Shown here: positions 26,386 through 40,329 of the stretch, piece by piece
Position numbering within the stretch: position 1 is the stretch's first letter
How the letters are laid out: each line of letters starts with the position of its first letter
Assembly (NCBI GenBank): GCA_030141605.1
Contig: JAQGDQ010000097.1
Location: forward strand, 496,001-560,000
Source: Tubiluchus corallicola
Lineage: Eukaryota; Animalia; Priapulida
Reading direction: 5' to 3'
Length of the DNA: 64,000 nucleotides
The notes under the pieces: generated by a model
The model's database searches: none
The model's input: only the letters and a program-made list of their open reading frames with translations
What the model was told of the DNA's origin: nothing
Translations under genes and position numbers: made by a program

Positions 26386-28841
26386 TTATGCTACCGTATG
26401 GTACGTCATGGTACAGTATGACACACTACAGTATGTACTGTACAAAGGCCTAACTAATTTAAGGAACAAAAAAATTTCATAATAAAGAAAAGGAAAAGCA
26501 ACACCGCTTAGTCCACCACTTCAGATGTTACCTTCAGGTGAAAAAGCATAAAAAATGATCAGTAAATGCTATTTTGTATTTTGTAAATGTATTAGAAACA
26601 TAGTCATGAGACAACATCACATAGAAAATACTATACGAGAAAGGACATAATCATAAAAAAAGCCCCAGAGTACAAAGTAATTAAAAATCACAAAAGAAAA
26701 ACACACAAAGCTCTAATCACAAGAAAATAGTAATAAAAAGCATAAAATGTCATAACAGCACACTGACAAGATGACAAAAAAGTATGTAACTTCTAGCAGA
26801 AAGTCCTGGATATTACATTCTAGATTTTGAACAGCTAAACGTCAACAATGTAATTGAAATTTTTAACCTTCGTGCGTATCCTTTTTGATAAAACATAACT
26901 ATTTGTAAATGCAGATCCCAATTTCATTTGTGCGTAAAAATTGACGGCTTAATACACCCAGATTTCTTATTCTGCATTACTCCAAATCCGGACGTAGTTC
27001 CTTTCCATTGGTACCTCCTTTAAACTGAGCACTTTACGAACATCTTTTAGGTACTTGAAGGAGTGATTATTTTCCTGAAAACGATATAGACAGTAGACTC
27101 ACTGGCGGAAGTAAGTTCAGCCTCTGTCCCACCGCTCTTGTTTATTATGTTTTACAGCAAATTTACGCATAGATTTTAAATGTTTGCTTGCGAAAGATTT
27201 TTTCTTCCTTCATTGATCATCTTTAAACTCTCAAACTGCCAGTGCTGAAGTGTGCAATGCAGCGCAATGAGTTGGACAACAGAGTAGGACTTTAGATACA
27301 CGCCAAAAATTATCTTGTTAACGCGGCGTGGTTTGACGCATTGTTTGTTCGATTTTTGTAAACACTATAGAAAAGAGTCAACTTACAAAAATGGTAAGAA
27401 TAATTATGTTAGCCCTGGTAGTTATCAGTAACCTACAATTAAGAATGTTTCAGCTATTTTGGCAATCCATGTTTTTGGAAAACAGAAAAATTATTTTTGA
27501 AATTCTAAAGCTGAAATAGCTGTTTCCGACTAAAAGAAAAATATGAGTGAAAGGCGTTTAGGTCAAAATGTAGCCTCAGCCAATTCAGCATCTAGAGTAG
27601 GACGCAAGAATTAGAAAAAATAACAATGGTGCATATGCGTCAAATTCGCATGAATCATAATTAAAGCGAGGACAACAGCCTATTACTAGTGCCAGTTTGC
27701 AATCATTATAGTGCTACGGTAGAAAACCTGGGCATGTTCAGCATCAAAGTTAAAGCATTAACAGCTAGAGCTTCGCCACATCAAGATGTAGGCGATACAA
27801 CGGGACAACGACATCTTCTTATAATGTCTTATTAATTGTAAAGAAGGCATGTTAAATGCACATAAGAATGAAAAAATAGACGTGCAATACTAAATTTTAG
27901 AGGGTATTAAAATTTACATTGCATATGGCTTATAACACCTAATAAGCAGATTTATTGATATGGTGAATCATGGTTCAGGTTAATTTAAAAAGAACACCTG
28001 TAATTCTATAATGGCTCTCCAGCAAAACTTTCCTTTATTACTCATTTCCTCGAGCAAAGCACTTTGAACCACAACGTCGCTCTGCAACAGTGTAATGGAT
28101 CCACCTTCTGTTATGAAGCCCAATAATGAATCCACCAATGTCTGCGATGCTAGTGATAACGTCTTTCCTGTTCCCGCAGGTTCTTCTAACATGGTTGATG
28201 GCTTTTATCTATCGTTTAGCAACCATTTAACCAGCTATTAATCACGAAAAGTGCAGAGTCAGAAACACTGGGGGTTATTCATAGCAATGCAGGTTTCAGC
28301 TGCACTTTTACTGGAATGCAAAAGCGAACATTAGTTCTGATCTTTCCTAATGGCAGAGGCGTCCTAGAATGATTGCTCAGGCAAAACCAAAATCTTGCTC
28401 TCAGTGGCTTTCTTCAAGCAGTTCCTGCATAGAAGGTTGCTAGGTTTAAAACGGCACTAGGCTATAATATTTTTCCTGTCTTGTCAATGGGTGGCGTCGC
28501 ATACTTTCTGCATTATATTCAGTGTAAGACGATCCATAAGTTTGGTGCTGTCCTCCATAAAGATATTTTAAATTAATAAGCGATAGGATATTTTTATAGA
28601 CAACTTAGTATACCGTGCAAAAGTAGGAACATGGTTCTGCGTAAAAACGGTTTTTGACTAATTAATTAATGTCAATTAAAATTTACGTAGTTGATAGAGG
28701 CATTAATATGCTGAAATATATTGGGTGGGCATCAAATAACTTTGCTGACCCTAAGTTATCGTGTTTTGCGAATGCAAAGTGGTCCTAAATAACGGCATTT
28801 GATATAAGAATATACTAACACAACGTATCTTTATTATATGC

Positions 28842-28855
28842 TCTCTTTCTCTCTC

Positions 28856-28902
<47 letters not shown>

Positions 28903-28909
28903 TATACAT

Positions 28910-28950
<41 letters not shown>
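28842..28950. repeat. Compound microsatellite (CT)n(CA)n(TA)n
   Basis: Direct observation. Confidence 0.97.
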
Positions 28951-30931
28951 ATAGTTATAATAATATTATAATAAACCACATATTATAGTTTATTAGTATA
29001 TATATATCATACTAATAAACTATAACATAACGAATATCCTTGAATTTAGATAATTAAATTCCAACATTTCTTAATTGGACCGACTTTAAACTTGCATCAA
29101 ACTCACAACATTTGACTGTGGCTATAAGTATAGGAATGTTTTCTCATCAATTTGTGATTGATTCTGTAATTCCTGGAACCGCTAAAAATAAGATGAGCAG
29201 AAAAATTTAAATCAATTACAAGAATAAACATGATGACGCAATGAATCACACATAAACGCTCCTTTGTCAAGCTCCATTGATATAAAAATTGAAATTGAAC
29301 AATGCGCATGTTGCTGCGGCATAGTAAACAAGCAGGTGAGTTTCTTTATCACTTACTTACAGCAAGACGTTATACAGCTAGTTGTTTTCATATATTTTCC
29401 TTAGAACGAAAATACTTTATAAAATTTAATAATAAACTGTGTGCAATAGCAAGATGGGCGGTTTGTGCTTAATTGTAATTTTGCCACACGTATTTTCCGA
29501 CTCTGCTTCTGTGTAAAGTTGAACAGTGAACAAGTGAGATTAAAATGATAACAATGAGATGTTTGTGTTTTTCTGTTGCTTTTATCTTCATGTATTTTAT
29601 ACGATACCTTGTTTTGGGAATTTAAACGAGGATGTTGGATCAGTACGGTAACTGTTTGTTGCCCCATATCGAATTATGGCTTTTGGTCTTGTCGCAAACG
29701 TTTTCTGCTAGTGGGTTTCTTTCTTTTTACTTTTAACTTTTGTTCGCCTCTCATTTTGACTTTATTGATCGCTTTCTGCGTGTGCTTTGTCTTCTTCTTT
29801 TTGCTCTTACCGGACTTCCTTGCAAACTCAGTTTTATATTTTTCCTTTCAATTTTATCTTCTCGCTTCTTCTTTTTTTCCGCAGAAGGTTTTTCTATATT
29901 TAGCAGAAGCTTATCTTATTTGTTCTAGCAAATAGCGATTTCAACCGATTTTATTTAAATTTGTTTCATCAAATTAAAATAAATTTCAGTCGCTACGTAA
30001 CGCCCAGTAAAAAGAAAATTGTTAACTATAAATTGCATTTTGAACAAATGCTGTTTGGAAAGAACGTATAACGCAATCATTATAAATTTTGCAAGGCAAT
30101 TTGTGCATGTCCCGCGTATATAGAACTCTGCGTCGTATTGCATTACGCCTGGCACTATGCGCTCTATAAAAGCCACTAATTGAGAAGCTGAGCAGTCTGC
30201 TGTAAGCTTGCATGGTCTCACCTTAAATGACCTCATGGCTATAGCCGACGGTTATCCTGGTGCCAGCTGAAATGAATATGCTCCCAAAAACCACGTCTAC
30301 GTCTGCAAGCGTTTTCTTACTGCGCCTCCCCCAGACATTTAAAAGGCTGTTTAACTGGCTAGTTAATGAAGAAACTGTAGGCATAACAAGTAGAATTTAC
30401 TCGTAAATTTATCCAACTGACAGTTTCTGTCGCTGTCTTATAGACCAAAGACTACAGTAACTGCCACATTAACAGCACGGTAATGATACTTGGCAATAGT
30501 GGAAACTCATAAGCAAAGTAAAAAACAAAATCTAACTCTTGGCCGTGCCTCAGCACACTTTTGGCGATGACCCGGTTGCACCGGATGGACCCGGTCTACA
30601 CAAGTCAGGTTACATCGACCTAAACTGCGTTGCCTAAACATTTTCCAACACAGAGTGTTGAGGTAGAAATCTAGAATAAAATTCGGGAAGGTATTAAGAA
30701 CGGAAAATGAAAAAAATCAATTCTGTGTCTGTAAAGAAATCTATGTGGTTGACTACAGAAAATTGAAAAAAGTGAAAGTATAAAAATAGTTGAATGGTTT
30801 TCATTTGTGGCCCAAACTTCTTGAGCAGGTCGTCAAAGTTTTTTTTATGTTCCGGATAAGCAGCTAAATGCTCTGTACACATTCCAACAATTTCAAGTAA
30901 AAAAGTTGTTATCAAAAATACCGACAAGAGA

Positions 30932-31080
30932 TGAAGACGTACATATTTTCAAACTTTAACGAGGTGCCACGTAGCTTTGCATTATATAAGCTGTAGGTTT
31001 CAGAAAGACGAAGACGTACATATTTTCAAACTTTAATGAGGTGTCACGTAGCTTAGCATCATATAAGCTGTAGGTTTTAG
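30932..31080. repeat. Tandem duplication of a ~77-bp unit (2 copies)
   Basis: gaagacgtacatattttcaaacttta...ataagctgtaggttt twice. Confidence 0.85.
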
Positions 31081-32879
31081 ATTTTTCTCGCTTTTTTGCA
31101 AATAAGTAGTCCGAAATGCGAAGCATTGGAGTACTAGGCTTGCCGCACACGCACACGCGTAAAACGTACAAACTTTACTAATATGCTATATTTCAGATCA
31201 TGCCCTTCCGTGGGTTCCCTTAAGTCATTCAACAATTTTTCTGCAACAGACCATCCCACGCCACCCACACTATGCTACGAAACAACAACAACAACAACAA
31301 AAACATTTTGCACAATGGTAAAACTGTGTGAAACGACAAACTTTAGTAAATCTGCTCACTGAAGATCAATATAATGTGCGAACATTCTACCATCTACATA
31401 GTCTTTGTTTACTGCTGCCGAAATAATGGCCATAAGCAGCAGTGCGATTTTAGTCGTCATGAATCCACATTTGCGAAAATTTACACACGCATTGTTCGCC
31501 TCTCAATGAGTAAATGACAGAGTTTTGTTTTCCACGAAAAAGCAGAACAAGCTGAATAACATGGCGAACTGAACGGCTTTGTAGAGTTATTCGCAAGGAA
31601 CCCAACAACGTACGAGCAACAGTCGGAGTGCAACAAAATTGCTAAAACTTAAATTAGCTATTTATAAACCGCTGTTGTTTTTTGGCTTGTCCCTTTTTTC
31701 GATCGGTCCAGTTCACACGGCATCATTGTTGCAATGCAACTTTCAGTAAACTACGCTTATCATGATACCTTCTTAGACAATAATAGTCTAATTTGTATCA
31801 TGGATTAGTGTAAAGAGAATAGCAAAATTTTGTTGTATTTGTATCGATTTTACATCTTTTGCCGCTTTTGAATCTAGGCCATTATCATTTTTTACTTTGG
31901 CTTTCCGTTTTTGGGAAACGGAAGTTTGATTCAGTTTTGATAAGCATTACAGGAAACTCTGCACTATTGGACAGAACTATATTACTATAGTTATTAGCCT
32001 TTCTACAACCATTTTATTCTACTCACAATTTCAAAGACTTGGGTAATTTATTTGTAGTTCTTAATTAGCATGTGCATTGTGCAAATTATATTATTTTTGA
32101 TATATTTATTGGGTAAATATTAGTACAAATTGTTACAGTCATTTACATAACACACACGCTCACAGAAGTACAATTAAAGTGTTTATAAAAAAATCAACAA
32201 AAAAAGAAAATATTTACATATTTACATCCATAGGACAACATCACATATTGATGTATAGAGCCCATATAACATATAAATAATATAAACACAAAATTTAGAT
32301 TATTTGTGCAGCATCCCTTTAGATATTAACAATTAAATTCATGACCTATTCGTAAAGCAATGTTTTACATGGTTACGCACTATAGTTAAAATATCCACAT
32401 CATTGGTCCCAATTAGAAAAATAAGTTTATCTTCATTAGGCATATCTAGAAAATCAGGATATAAAGAATTAATTTGCGCACACTACTAAACTACTTCGAA
32501 AGAAGTACTAAATAAAATTAAACTAAGTTATCTTGGACTATATTGGATTAAGTTATCTCCCAAAAGGCCCAACTGGTGGTCAGTGTTCCTGATACGTATC
32601 TGCTGATTCGTGTGTTTGTAAAAGATCAATTCGGGAGTGCGAAAAATCTTGCCCGGTGGTCAAAACGACACGAACTTGTTTTACTTCCTGCGTACTAACG
32701 TTTTTCTTGTGATAAAGAAACTGGGATAAGGTTTCACAAAGACGGATACTATGCGCTGCCATTCTATCCATAAGTTCTCTGCTAGTAGCAAACACGTTCT
32801 TACGACACTTTCTCAAACCAATAAATAATATCAGGCAAACAAAATAATCCTTGACTGCCGAGATAGAGAATATCAACGA

Positions 32880-33120
32880 CTAGGAAAATAAATATACCGC
32901 GCTCGAGCCAATCAATTCTGGTAGATCCCAGTATCTGCTTGACTTTAGTACAATGTGGGAGGCGGCGTAGCGAATTTGTTGTTGAAGCCAAGCGGCTTAC
33001 ACGGTTTAGATTGCGCCGAAAGCTGATTGGCTTAATACAGTGATAAGTCCAGCCCATCTGCACGTAACAGCGAATACAAAACACGTGCAGTAATCGCGTA
33101 TTGTATACACGCTAGTGGAC
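32880..33120 (+). promoter_or_regulatory. Candidate FoxF proximal promoter
   Basis: CpG-rich patch immediately 5' of the ATG with CCAAT boxes (gagccaatc ~32905; ctgattggct ~33023), GATA site tgataag ~33041, E-boxes catctg/cacgtg. Confidence 0.45.
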
Positions 33121-33214
33121 GAGTTGGAAGCTTCATGAAAGTTTTGCTCAACGACTTAGAATTAGTGTTAAAAGCACTGTCTTAGAATAACTACTCCTTG
33201 GTGAATAGGACTTG

Positions 33215-34208
33215 ATGTTGTTAACAATGCCGAGTATATTAGAAATGGACTGCCATCAAGAGCCTCGAGGACATCAAGAAGCCATGTGTCAACCTCAAGA
33301 CGCTAGTGCCACCATGCCTGTAAGCCTGCATACAGACGACACCAGCGGACATATTGCCACTGAAGACAAGACACCGTCTAAGAAGACCACAGGAGCCGGA
33401 GTAAGAAGACAGGAGAAACCTCCATATTCCTACATTGCTTTGATTGTGATGGCCATACAAAGTGCGCCAAGCAAGCGATTGACTTTGAGTGAAATTTATC
33501 AGTTCTTGCAGTCCAGATTTCCCTTTTTCAGAGGTTCCTACCAGGGATGGAAGAACTCTGTTCGCCATAATTTATCGCTGAACGAATGCTTCATCAAACT
33601 ACCCAAGGGTCTAGGCAGGCCAGGTAAAGGACATTACTGGACCATCGATCCTGCCAGTGAGTTCATGTTTGAGGAAGGCTCTTTCAGACGTCGCCCACGT
33701 GGTTTCAGACGTAAATGTCAGGCGCTGAAGCCCTACGGAATGACCAGTACCCCAATGCTGGGCAGTCCATATGACATGCTGCAACATCACGGAGCGGCTA
33801 GCATGGGGTGTAGTATGGGACCCACACAACCATACGACACAACAGGAATGATGGGTCCTACGGTTCCTGGTCCTAACAATATGACTACCCTGCAAACGGC
33901 GTCCCACTACATGCCTAGCTGTTCAGTATCATCCAGTGATTACAGTCATCACGTAGTCAGCAGTAATGCCGCTCCGCCGCCGCCGCCGCTTACCGCTTCC
34001 ATGTACGATCCACGTGACATGTACACTGGCAGTACGTCGTGGAGTAGCAGCATGCCACATTATTCTGTCAAACAACAACCACTAAGTCCTGCGGGTAGCA
34101 CAGGGTCAATGCAAAGTCTGTCTCCTCCACACTCTGGGGAGAATAATCCCTACACCCAGCTGGGACAGATGACTCATACTATGCAGAATGGTGACATGGC
34201 TTTAGCTG
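33215..34208 (+). CDS. FoxF: Forkhead box F transcription factor, exon 1
   Basis: Forkhead domain [21 protein letters not shown]...[68 protein letters not shown] is diagnostic of FoxF; first ATG 33215; phase-1 donor g|GTAAGT. Confidence 0.97.
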
Positions 34209-35654
34209 GTAAGTTCATTGTTAAAATTTAAGAGCTAAATAATAAAACGTTTCCACATATACATGTTTCAGTAATTAGTTTTTGATTATAAATCATATCA
34301 CATCAATATACGATCATGCACTCATTTTAATACGATCACTATAGCAAAGCTATTAAATATTTTGATATTTGCAAATTTTATTGCTATAACAACCATTTGC
34401 GTTTGTTTATATTGATAGCACATGTCTCTATAAATAACTTGATTATTATTGCGTAACTGATTTTAAACCTATTTCTCGCTGAACAGTACAGCTTTACTTT
34501 TTCTAGGCAATTCTAAAGCAACACACTTCCGATTAAATTGAAAATCCTCGATATTTTCACATTTGTGCTTTCTTATTAGGCAACCGTTCCACAAAGCATA
34601 TCAGACCTGCCTGTATAAATTATAGTAAAGTACTTGTACTAGCGAATTGGAACACAAAAATATGATGTTAAAACTAAACTTATATATTTAAGTCACTACA
34701 AATTAGTTTTTCAGAAGTATAAATTTCTAAACAAATTTTCGAAGCACTTTGAATTTAGTCGATTAGTTAACACAGAAACATAGCCGTAATCGCTACATTA
34801 ATGGATTTAGTCGTGCAAAATATGTATACATGTATTCACAGCGCAATTCTTATATGTTTAACCTGATTTGTGCCCTTACTTCTGTAGGCGCATTTCTGTA
34901 AAAACCAAACACAAATAAATTGAGAAAAAAGCGGCAAGATACTGCGGAACGAAGATACTGCAGTTTTTAACCAGAGCGCCAAGTTGTACCCAATCTCCAT
35001 CTAGCTGCTGAGGAAATTTAGACTGAGCTAGTTGAAGAGTAATAAGGAACAACTTTACCAGAAACTAACATTCTTTATTTTTTAAAACCCACGCATTCCT
35101 GGACTGCGTACATCTATCAAATCAGTTAGATTTTTTGCAATCATTTTCATTGATTTCATTGATCTGCTTTTCATTGATTACCCCATTCATACACACATGA
35201 CGCATTTAGATGTCCGTGTTACAGCTTTACTGACATTTAAGTTTTTGCTTTTGTTAAAGAATTGTGAACGACTGGTGACTAACTTCAGGCGCCCAGAAAA
35301 ACTTGGAAAGCATTAATTTTAGTTGACCCTTATCGCCCAGTACTCAGCAGACACCCACGTAAAGTGTTCGTAGAGACGACAGGCGTGTATGAGCGGCGTC
35401 TTATGATAGAAATTTATCACAGACATAGCGTTTTTCGTAAGTTTACAATGTACAGCACTACAGAGACAAAAATTTGTACACGTGTTTTAACAGACACACA
35501 AATTAGATTCGTTTTAATAATTAAGTGGACCAATTTTGTAATATTTCATTTTTCTGCAGAAAGTAGAAAAATTTGATTGTGCACTGAGTAGAATTTTTGC
35601 AAGCTCTTAACACGGGTCAGTCTTGCATGTCGCAAAGACTATATAAAAATTTAT

Positions 35655-35703
35655 ACACACACATATATATATATATAGGTATATATATATATATATATAT
35701 ATA
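35655..35703. repeat. (CA)n(TA)n microsatellite in FoxF intron
   Basis: Direct observation. Confidence 0.9.
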
Positions 35704-36223
35704 AAACCTAAGAAAATATTTTTAAAAAAGACGATGCACAATTATGCTACTTAATTGCCATATAAAAATATTTTAAGAATGACAAAATCATCATTTTATA
35801 AAACTTTATCAAAAAATATAAGTGCCAGATGATTTATTTTAGTCGTAAGAGGAATCATAAATTTGGATTGATTACAGTAAGTTAATTACTTTTTGAATAA
35901 TATTTATATTTAAGTACAATATTCAAGCATATTGGTATTCTCACACTGATATGAGTTTTTACAAAATTACAAATATATATCTACATACACATATGTTTTC
36001 CTATCATTAATCTTTAGCACGTAAGATTAATCTTTTAACATATTGTTTACATGTCAATTCCTAGAGGCTGGCTCTTTCATTTATTTGAATCCTTTAGCAG
36101 TTTTAAAAAGTTATAAGCTTTTTAGGTTCTGCAAATTTTAAATAAATAAATAAATAGCTGGCCAATATAATGCATTCGATAAGAAGACAATTATAACAAA
36201 AAATATTGTTATTTTCTATTTAG

Positions 36224-36500
36224 TGAAGTATCTTTAGTAAATTCCTAAAAGCATTAGTGATTAGACACCACCCTGCCCAGAAAATAGTATAACTTTATAT
36301 GAAGTATCTTTAGTAAATTCCTAAAACAATTGGCGATAAGACACCACCCTGCCCTGAAAATAGTATCATTTTCTATGAAGTATCTTTAGTAAATTCGTAA
36401 AAGCATTGGTGATAAGACACCACCCTGCCCAGAAAACTGTATCATTTTCTATGAAGTATCTTTAGTAAATTCCTAAAAGCATTGGTGACAACCCTGCCCT
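36224..36500. repeat. 76-bp minisatellite, ~3.6 copies, FoxF intron
   Basis: tgaagtatctttagtaaattc starts at 36224, 36300, 36376, 36452. Confidence 0.93.
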
Positions 36501-39500
36501 GCACCGTCCTGTATTACACCTATCAATTGACAATGGCTGAGATTTTATGCCGGCGTTGCTTGTTTAAAAGAAAAGTCTATTACGAATACGAAATAAAACC
36601 TTAAAAAGACAGTCGACGAATTTGGTTCTCAAGCATTTACAGCAGGAAGTCACAATATCGGCATAATTATAAAACGTATGATTAAGGTTTCTATCTTATA
36701 GCGTTTTATATAGTCGCCACAGGGAGCTTCCGCTCGTCTAACACACGTGGTATTAACTCGGTAGTTATCGAAAAGGCATGTATATAATAAAACAGCAACC
36801 ACATCGAGCTAATTTGTTTATTCCTGCCTTCTCCAAGTTCAATTGTTAATCCGATCTCATAATATTTAGATAAAGAGTAGGATAATGTTTACTACGCTTG
36901 TGCAATGTAGTAAATAAGGGCTCTGATCTTGAGCTAACTGTAAACTGTGCTGAGTTAGTAAACTTTGCCGACACAGTTTATTTGAAAGGATGAAATTATA
37001 TAAACGTGTAATAGGTTTTCATTTACTGACTGGAGTCCGTTTTCGCGGGCTCGAGATATTTACTATTACGGACTGCCGGAATTGCGTATCACTGGACGTA
37101 ACTTAATCGGACAGACAGACAGCAAAACTTGTAGAAGAATATTTGTTTTGAAATACTAACATGTTCTTCAGCGCTCTGGGAGGACTGGGTACTTGTGCTA
37201 ACAAGGCAGCTCTGATGGAGGTCTCGTTTATCAACCAGTGACACTGAGTTTCTGTTACTTGTATTCAATTTTGCAAATGATAACTTGACAAAAAAGATCA
37301 ATTTATTATAAAAAAAAATGTGAAAAGAACGTGGCGATAGCAGTTAAATAAACTTGTAAGGTATTTCAGTAACTTTAAAATACGTAATTATATTACTCAT
37401 TTTCGTAAAATATTATGGCAGACAAAAACATATCATGTCGAAAAACAGTAGAGCAACTATGTATACTTCAGTTACATCGATCCGTGAAACACACTGTGAA
37501 AAATACCCAACTGACAATTGATGATACTTTTTAAATAAGTACAAATTAGACCATTCTACAGAGTAGGCCTAAATAGAATGCTGTTCATTTAGGTTGTATC
37601 GCTGGCAGTTTTTTTATTTAAGATTTATTATTATCTGTTACCCAGGGGTTTGGCTGTCAAATATCTAATTACGCATACCGGACAACATGTACTGCAACAG
37701 TTAATCTACCTACTTCTTTGTTGTAGAATCTGGGTATTCGCAGAAGCTGGATTTAAATCAAAGCAGCTTTCGTGAGTCTGTTGAACTGTCCGAATTTTAA
37801 TCATGGGTATTACACTTTTTGGCTCGTGCACTACAATCAACATTTTGGCACAAATATAAGCATATGGTGCATGATATAAAATCACGTTTTTTATTGTGCA
37901 GCAAGTACTCAGCGTTTGCTTACTAATCATAGCGTTATTGTTCGTTGTTCAGATCAGTTCAGTGTTCACGGTTCATGTTCCATGCCTGTGAACCTATGCA
38001 TGTGGACCTATGTATTAATATAAACCAATTTTGTTTCTGGCTCATGAAAATCACTTATGTCTCCTCAGGTGGCTGCGTCAATATTATTCCAGTTAGACTT
38101 CTGTCCAAGAATTCCAGTAAGGACATTACTGTGGGACCCGGTTGCAACTCCACCAAACAATCTGCTGACATGAACCAATAGGGGGCGCTCAAGCTCATTA
38201 AAGAGCTTGCAGATTGTGTTTCAGCTTCTGTCTGCTTCGTGCATGTCCTCAGTTGCCCTCAACTCCACGGGACGCAAATTTTGTAAGATTAGATCTATTT
38301 AGAATGTAACATTTGAAGTGGTTTAAAAATGATAGAAGAGCTTTCCACTCCAAAGGGTCATGTACATTTCTAGCGTAAACTTTCTTAAAAATCAAACGCA
38401 TATCCAGAAAAAAAAGAAACCCTCTAGTTTTAACACCGGATCAAAGGAGTTTTTCATAAGAATGATTGGGCGGTTTCCGAGGCCGTAGCTGTTGGAACAT
38501 CTAGCATCTTTCGTTTTCGCACTATAAGTTGTTTTAATGTGCACTAAGCAATTTTAGGTTTGTACATTTTTTTGATATTTTTGATGAATTCAATATTTTT
38601 TTAAACTATCTGTGCAAATTCTTAAATAGTTTTTACTTGTAAGCGGCTCTCTATGGATTTGACATTTTCTTTTGTTCATTTGACGCACAAATATTTCGAC
38701 ATTACATTAGTTTAAACTCCATGCGTGTAGGTCTATAAAGTAATAATTTCTTGAAATATCATAAATAAAGAATGTTTATGAATTTTATAAATTTTATGAA
38801 GTAGAGCGGTAGCAACGCAGCCTATAGCTTTAACTTAACAAGTAAACTTGAATCGTGTGGGAAAGCATATCGCAAATATTATAGTTATTACTGAAATAAT
38901 TACAGACATGGTACATGATTTATAAATTTGTCACCATACGTATAGTTAGCTACTTTTGTAAGAAATTTAAAAATCACACTAGAAAACAATGACACAAAAT
39001 TGTAATGATGTCTTTAAAGAAACACATTTCTTGTTTTTATCTTTATTCTGTGAACAAATGAAAATATAATAAATTATTTATTGCATTTTCGGGTCAATAG
39101 TATTGCATGTGAAAAAAGCTTGAAACAATAAACCAAAATAGAATGTTTAATAAGTTTTCTATTTTACACTAAAACTTATGTTGTAAAATTATTACAGTAA
39201 TTAGTAGTAAATGTCTCCCTGATACGCATAAAAGTAAGCTAAAACTACCTATAATTTTTGAACAATAGCCCTAAAAATACGTATAGTTATACTTGTATAT
39301 ATATATACATAAAGTCATAAGATCATTTGTATTTTAAACCACTCATATTTTTGGAATGCGGCTTCTTCATACATGTACGTCGCTGTAACTTTTCTTGCGC
39401 TAACTAACACAAAAACGCTTCCTTGTAATATAGCGCATTGGCAAGCTCAAGTTGTTTGCTGTTTTAAAGCAGCGGGAACCCAATTCAAATATACTGTACA

Positions 39501-40156
39501 TTGAGTATACATGAATATAGTTACGCACTTACTCTGTAACATAAATTACGTGGGTAGTTCTTTTCGAGCACAAGTCTGTAATACCACCTTATTGATATTA
39601 AGCCTAAATGCGAAGGATAACGTCCAATTCAGTTCAATGAGTAATTTCAGAACTGAGCAATTTTGACATGAAAGGGATGTTAAAATGTCTTTTTGGAGGT
39701 TATAACTACGCTATAAATAAATTTTCGAAGCGTTTACACTAAGATGACTTACACAAAGTTGAATATCGAACTTTGAGGATAAATCAGGCATTTTCAGTTT
39801 GAATACCTGCAACTAGATGACTCAGCAGCCTTGGCTATATGTTTACAAAAACGTCGGCATGAAAACACCTTATGGACAAATTTATGATGCGCCTCTGGGG
39901 AAATGCTTGTCTTCTGGTATATTTAATTAATACGGAAGATTGTTTCTATTTCTAAATGCCCCGAGACAGAGAAAATGAATTAGATTTAAAGTAAAACTGA
40001 ATCATAGTTAAATAATATATTTCAACAACCATATATATATATGGCAACTCAAATAATGAAGAGATTAATAAGAAACCAAACTTGTGCATTTAAATTACAA
40101 AAAATTGTAATAAATAATGAAATTATTGTTCTGAAACAAACAATTAATTTTTTCAG

Positions 40157-40329
40157 GAATGAGAATGAACGGAATGCAGAATTTTCAGCATGCCGGAATT
40201 TGTGACCGGAAACAGTATTTCCCCACAACTCCTGGAATGGGAATACAAGCTGGAGGTGTGGGTCCCACTGCTCCATGGTCAAGCACGGGTTATTCAACTT
40301 CACCGTACGAAAAATGTGCAGCAATTTGA
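40157..40329 (+). CDS. FoxF: Forkhead box F transcription factor, exon 2
   Basis: ttttttcag acceptor, phase 1; GMRMNGMQNFQHAGICDRKQYF...SPYEKCAAI*; CDRK matches the conserved C-terminal exon motif of vertebrate FoxF1/2; full protein 388 aa. Confidence 0.9.

Noticed and set aside
33239-33907. Antisense ORFs overlapping FoxF
   Set aside because: Shadow ORFs of a GC-richer coding exon; no recognisable motifs
34209-34231. Single-exon FoxF ending GKFIVKI* as in the ORF track
   Set aside because: Consensus GTAAGT donor and a phase-matched CDRK-containing exon at 40157-40329 show this is intron read-through
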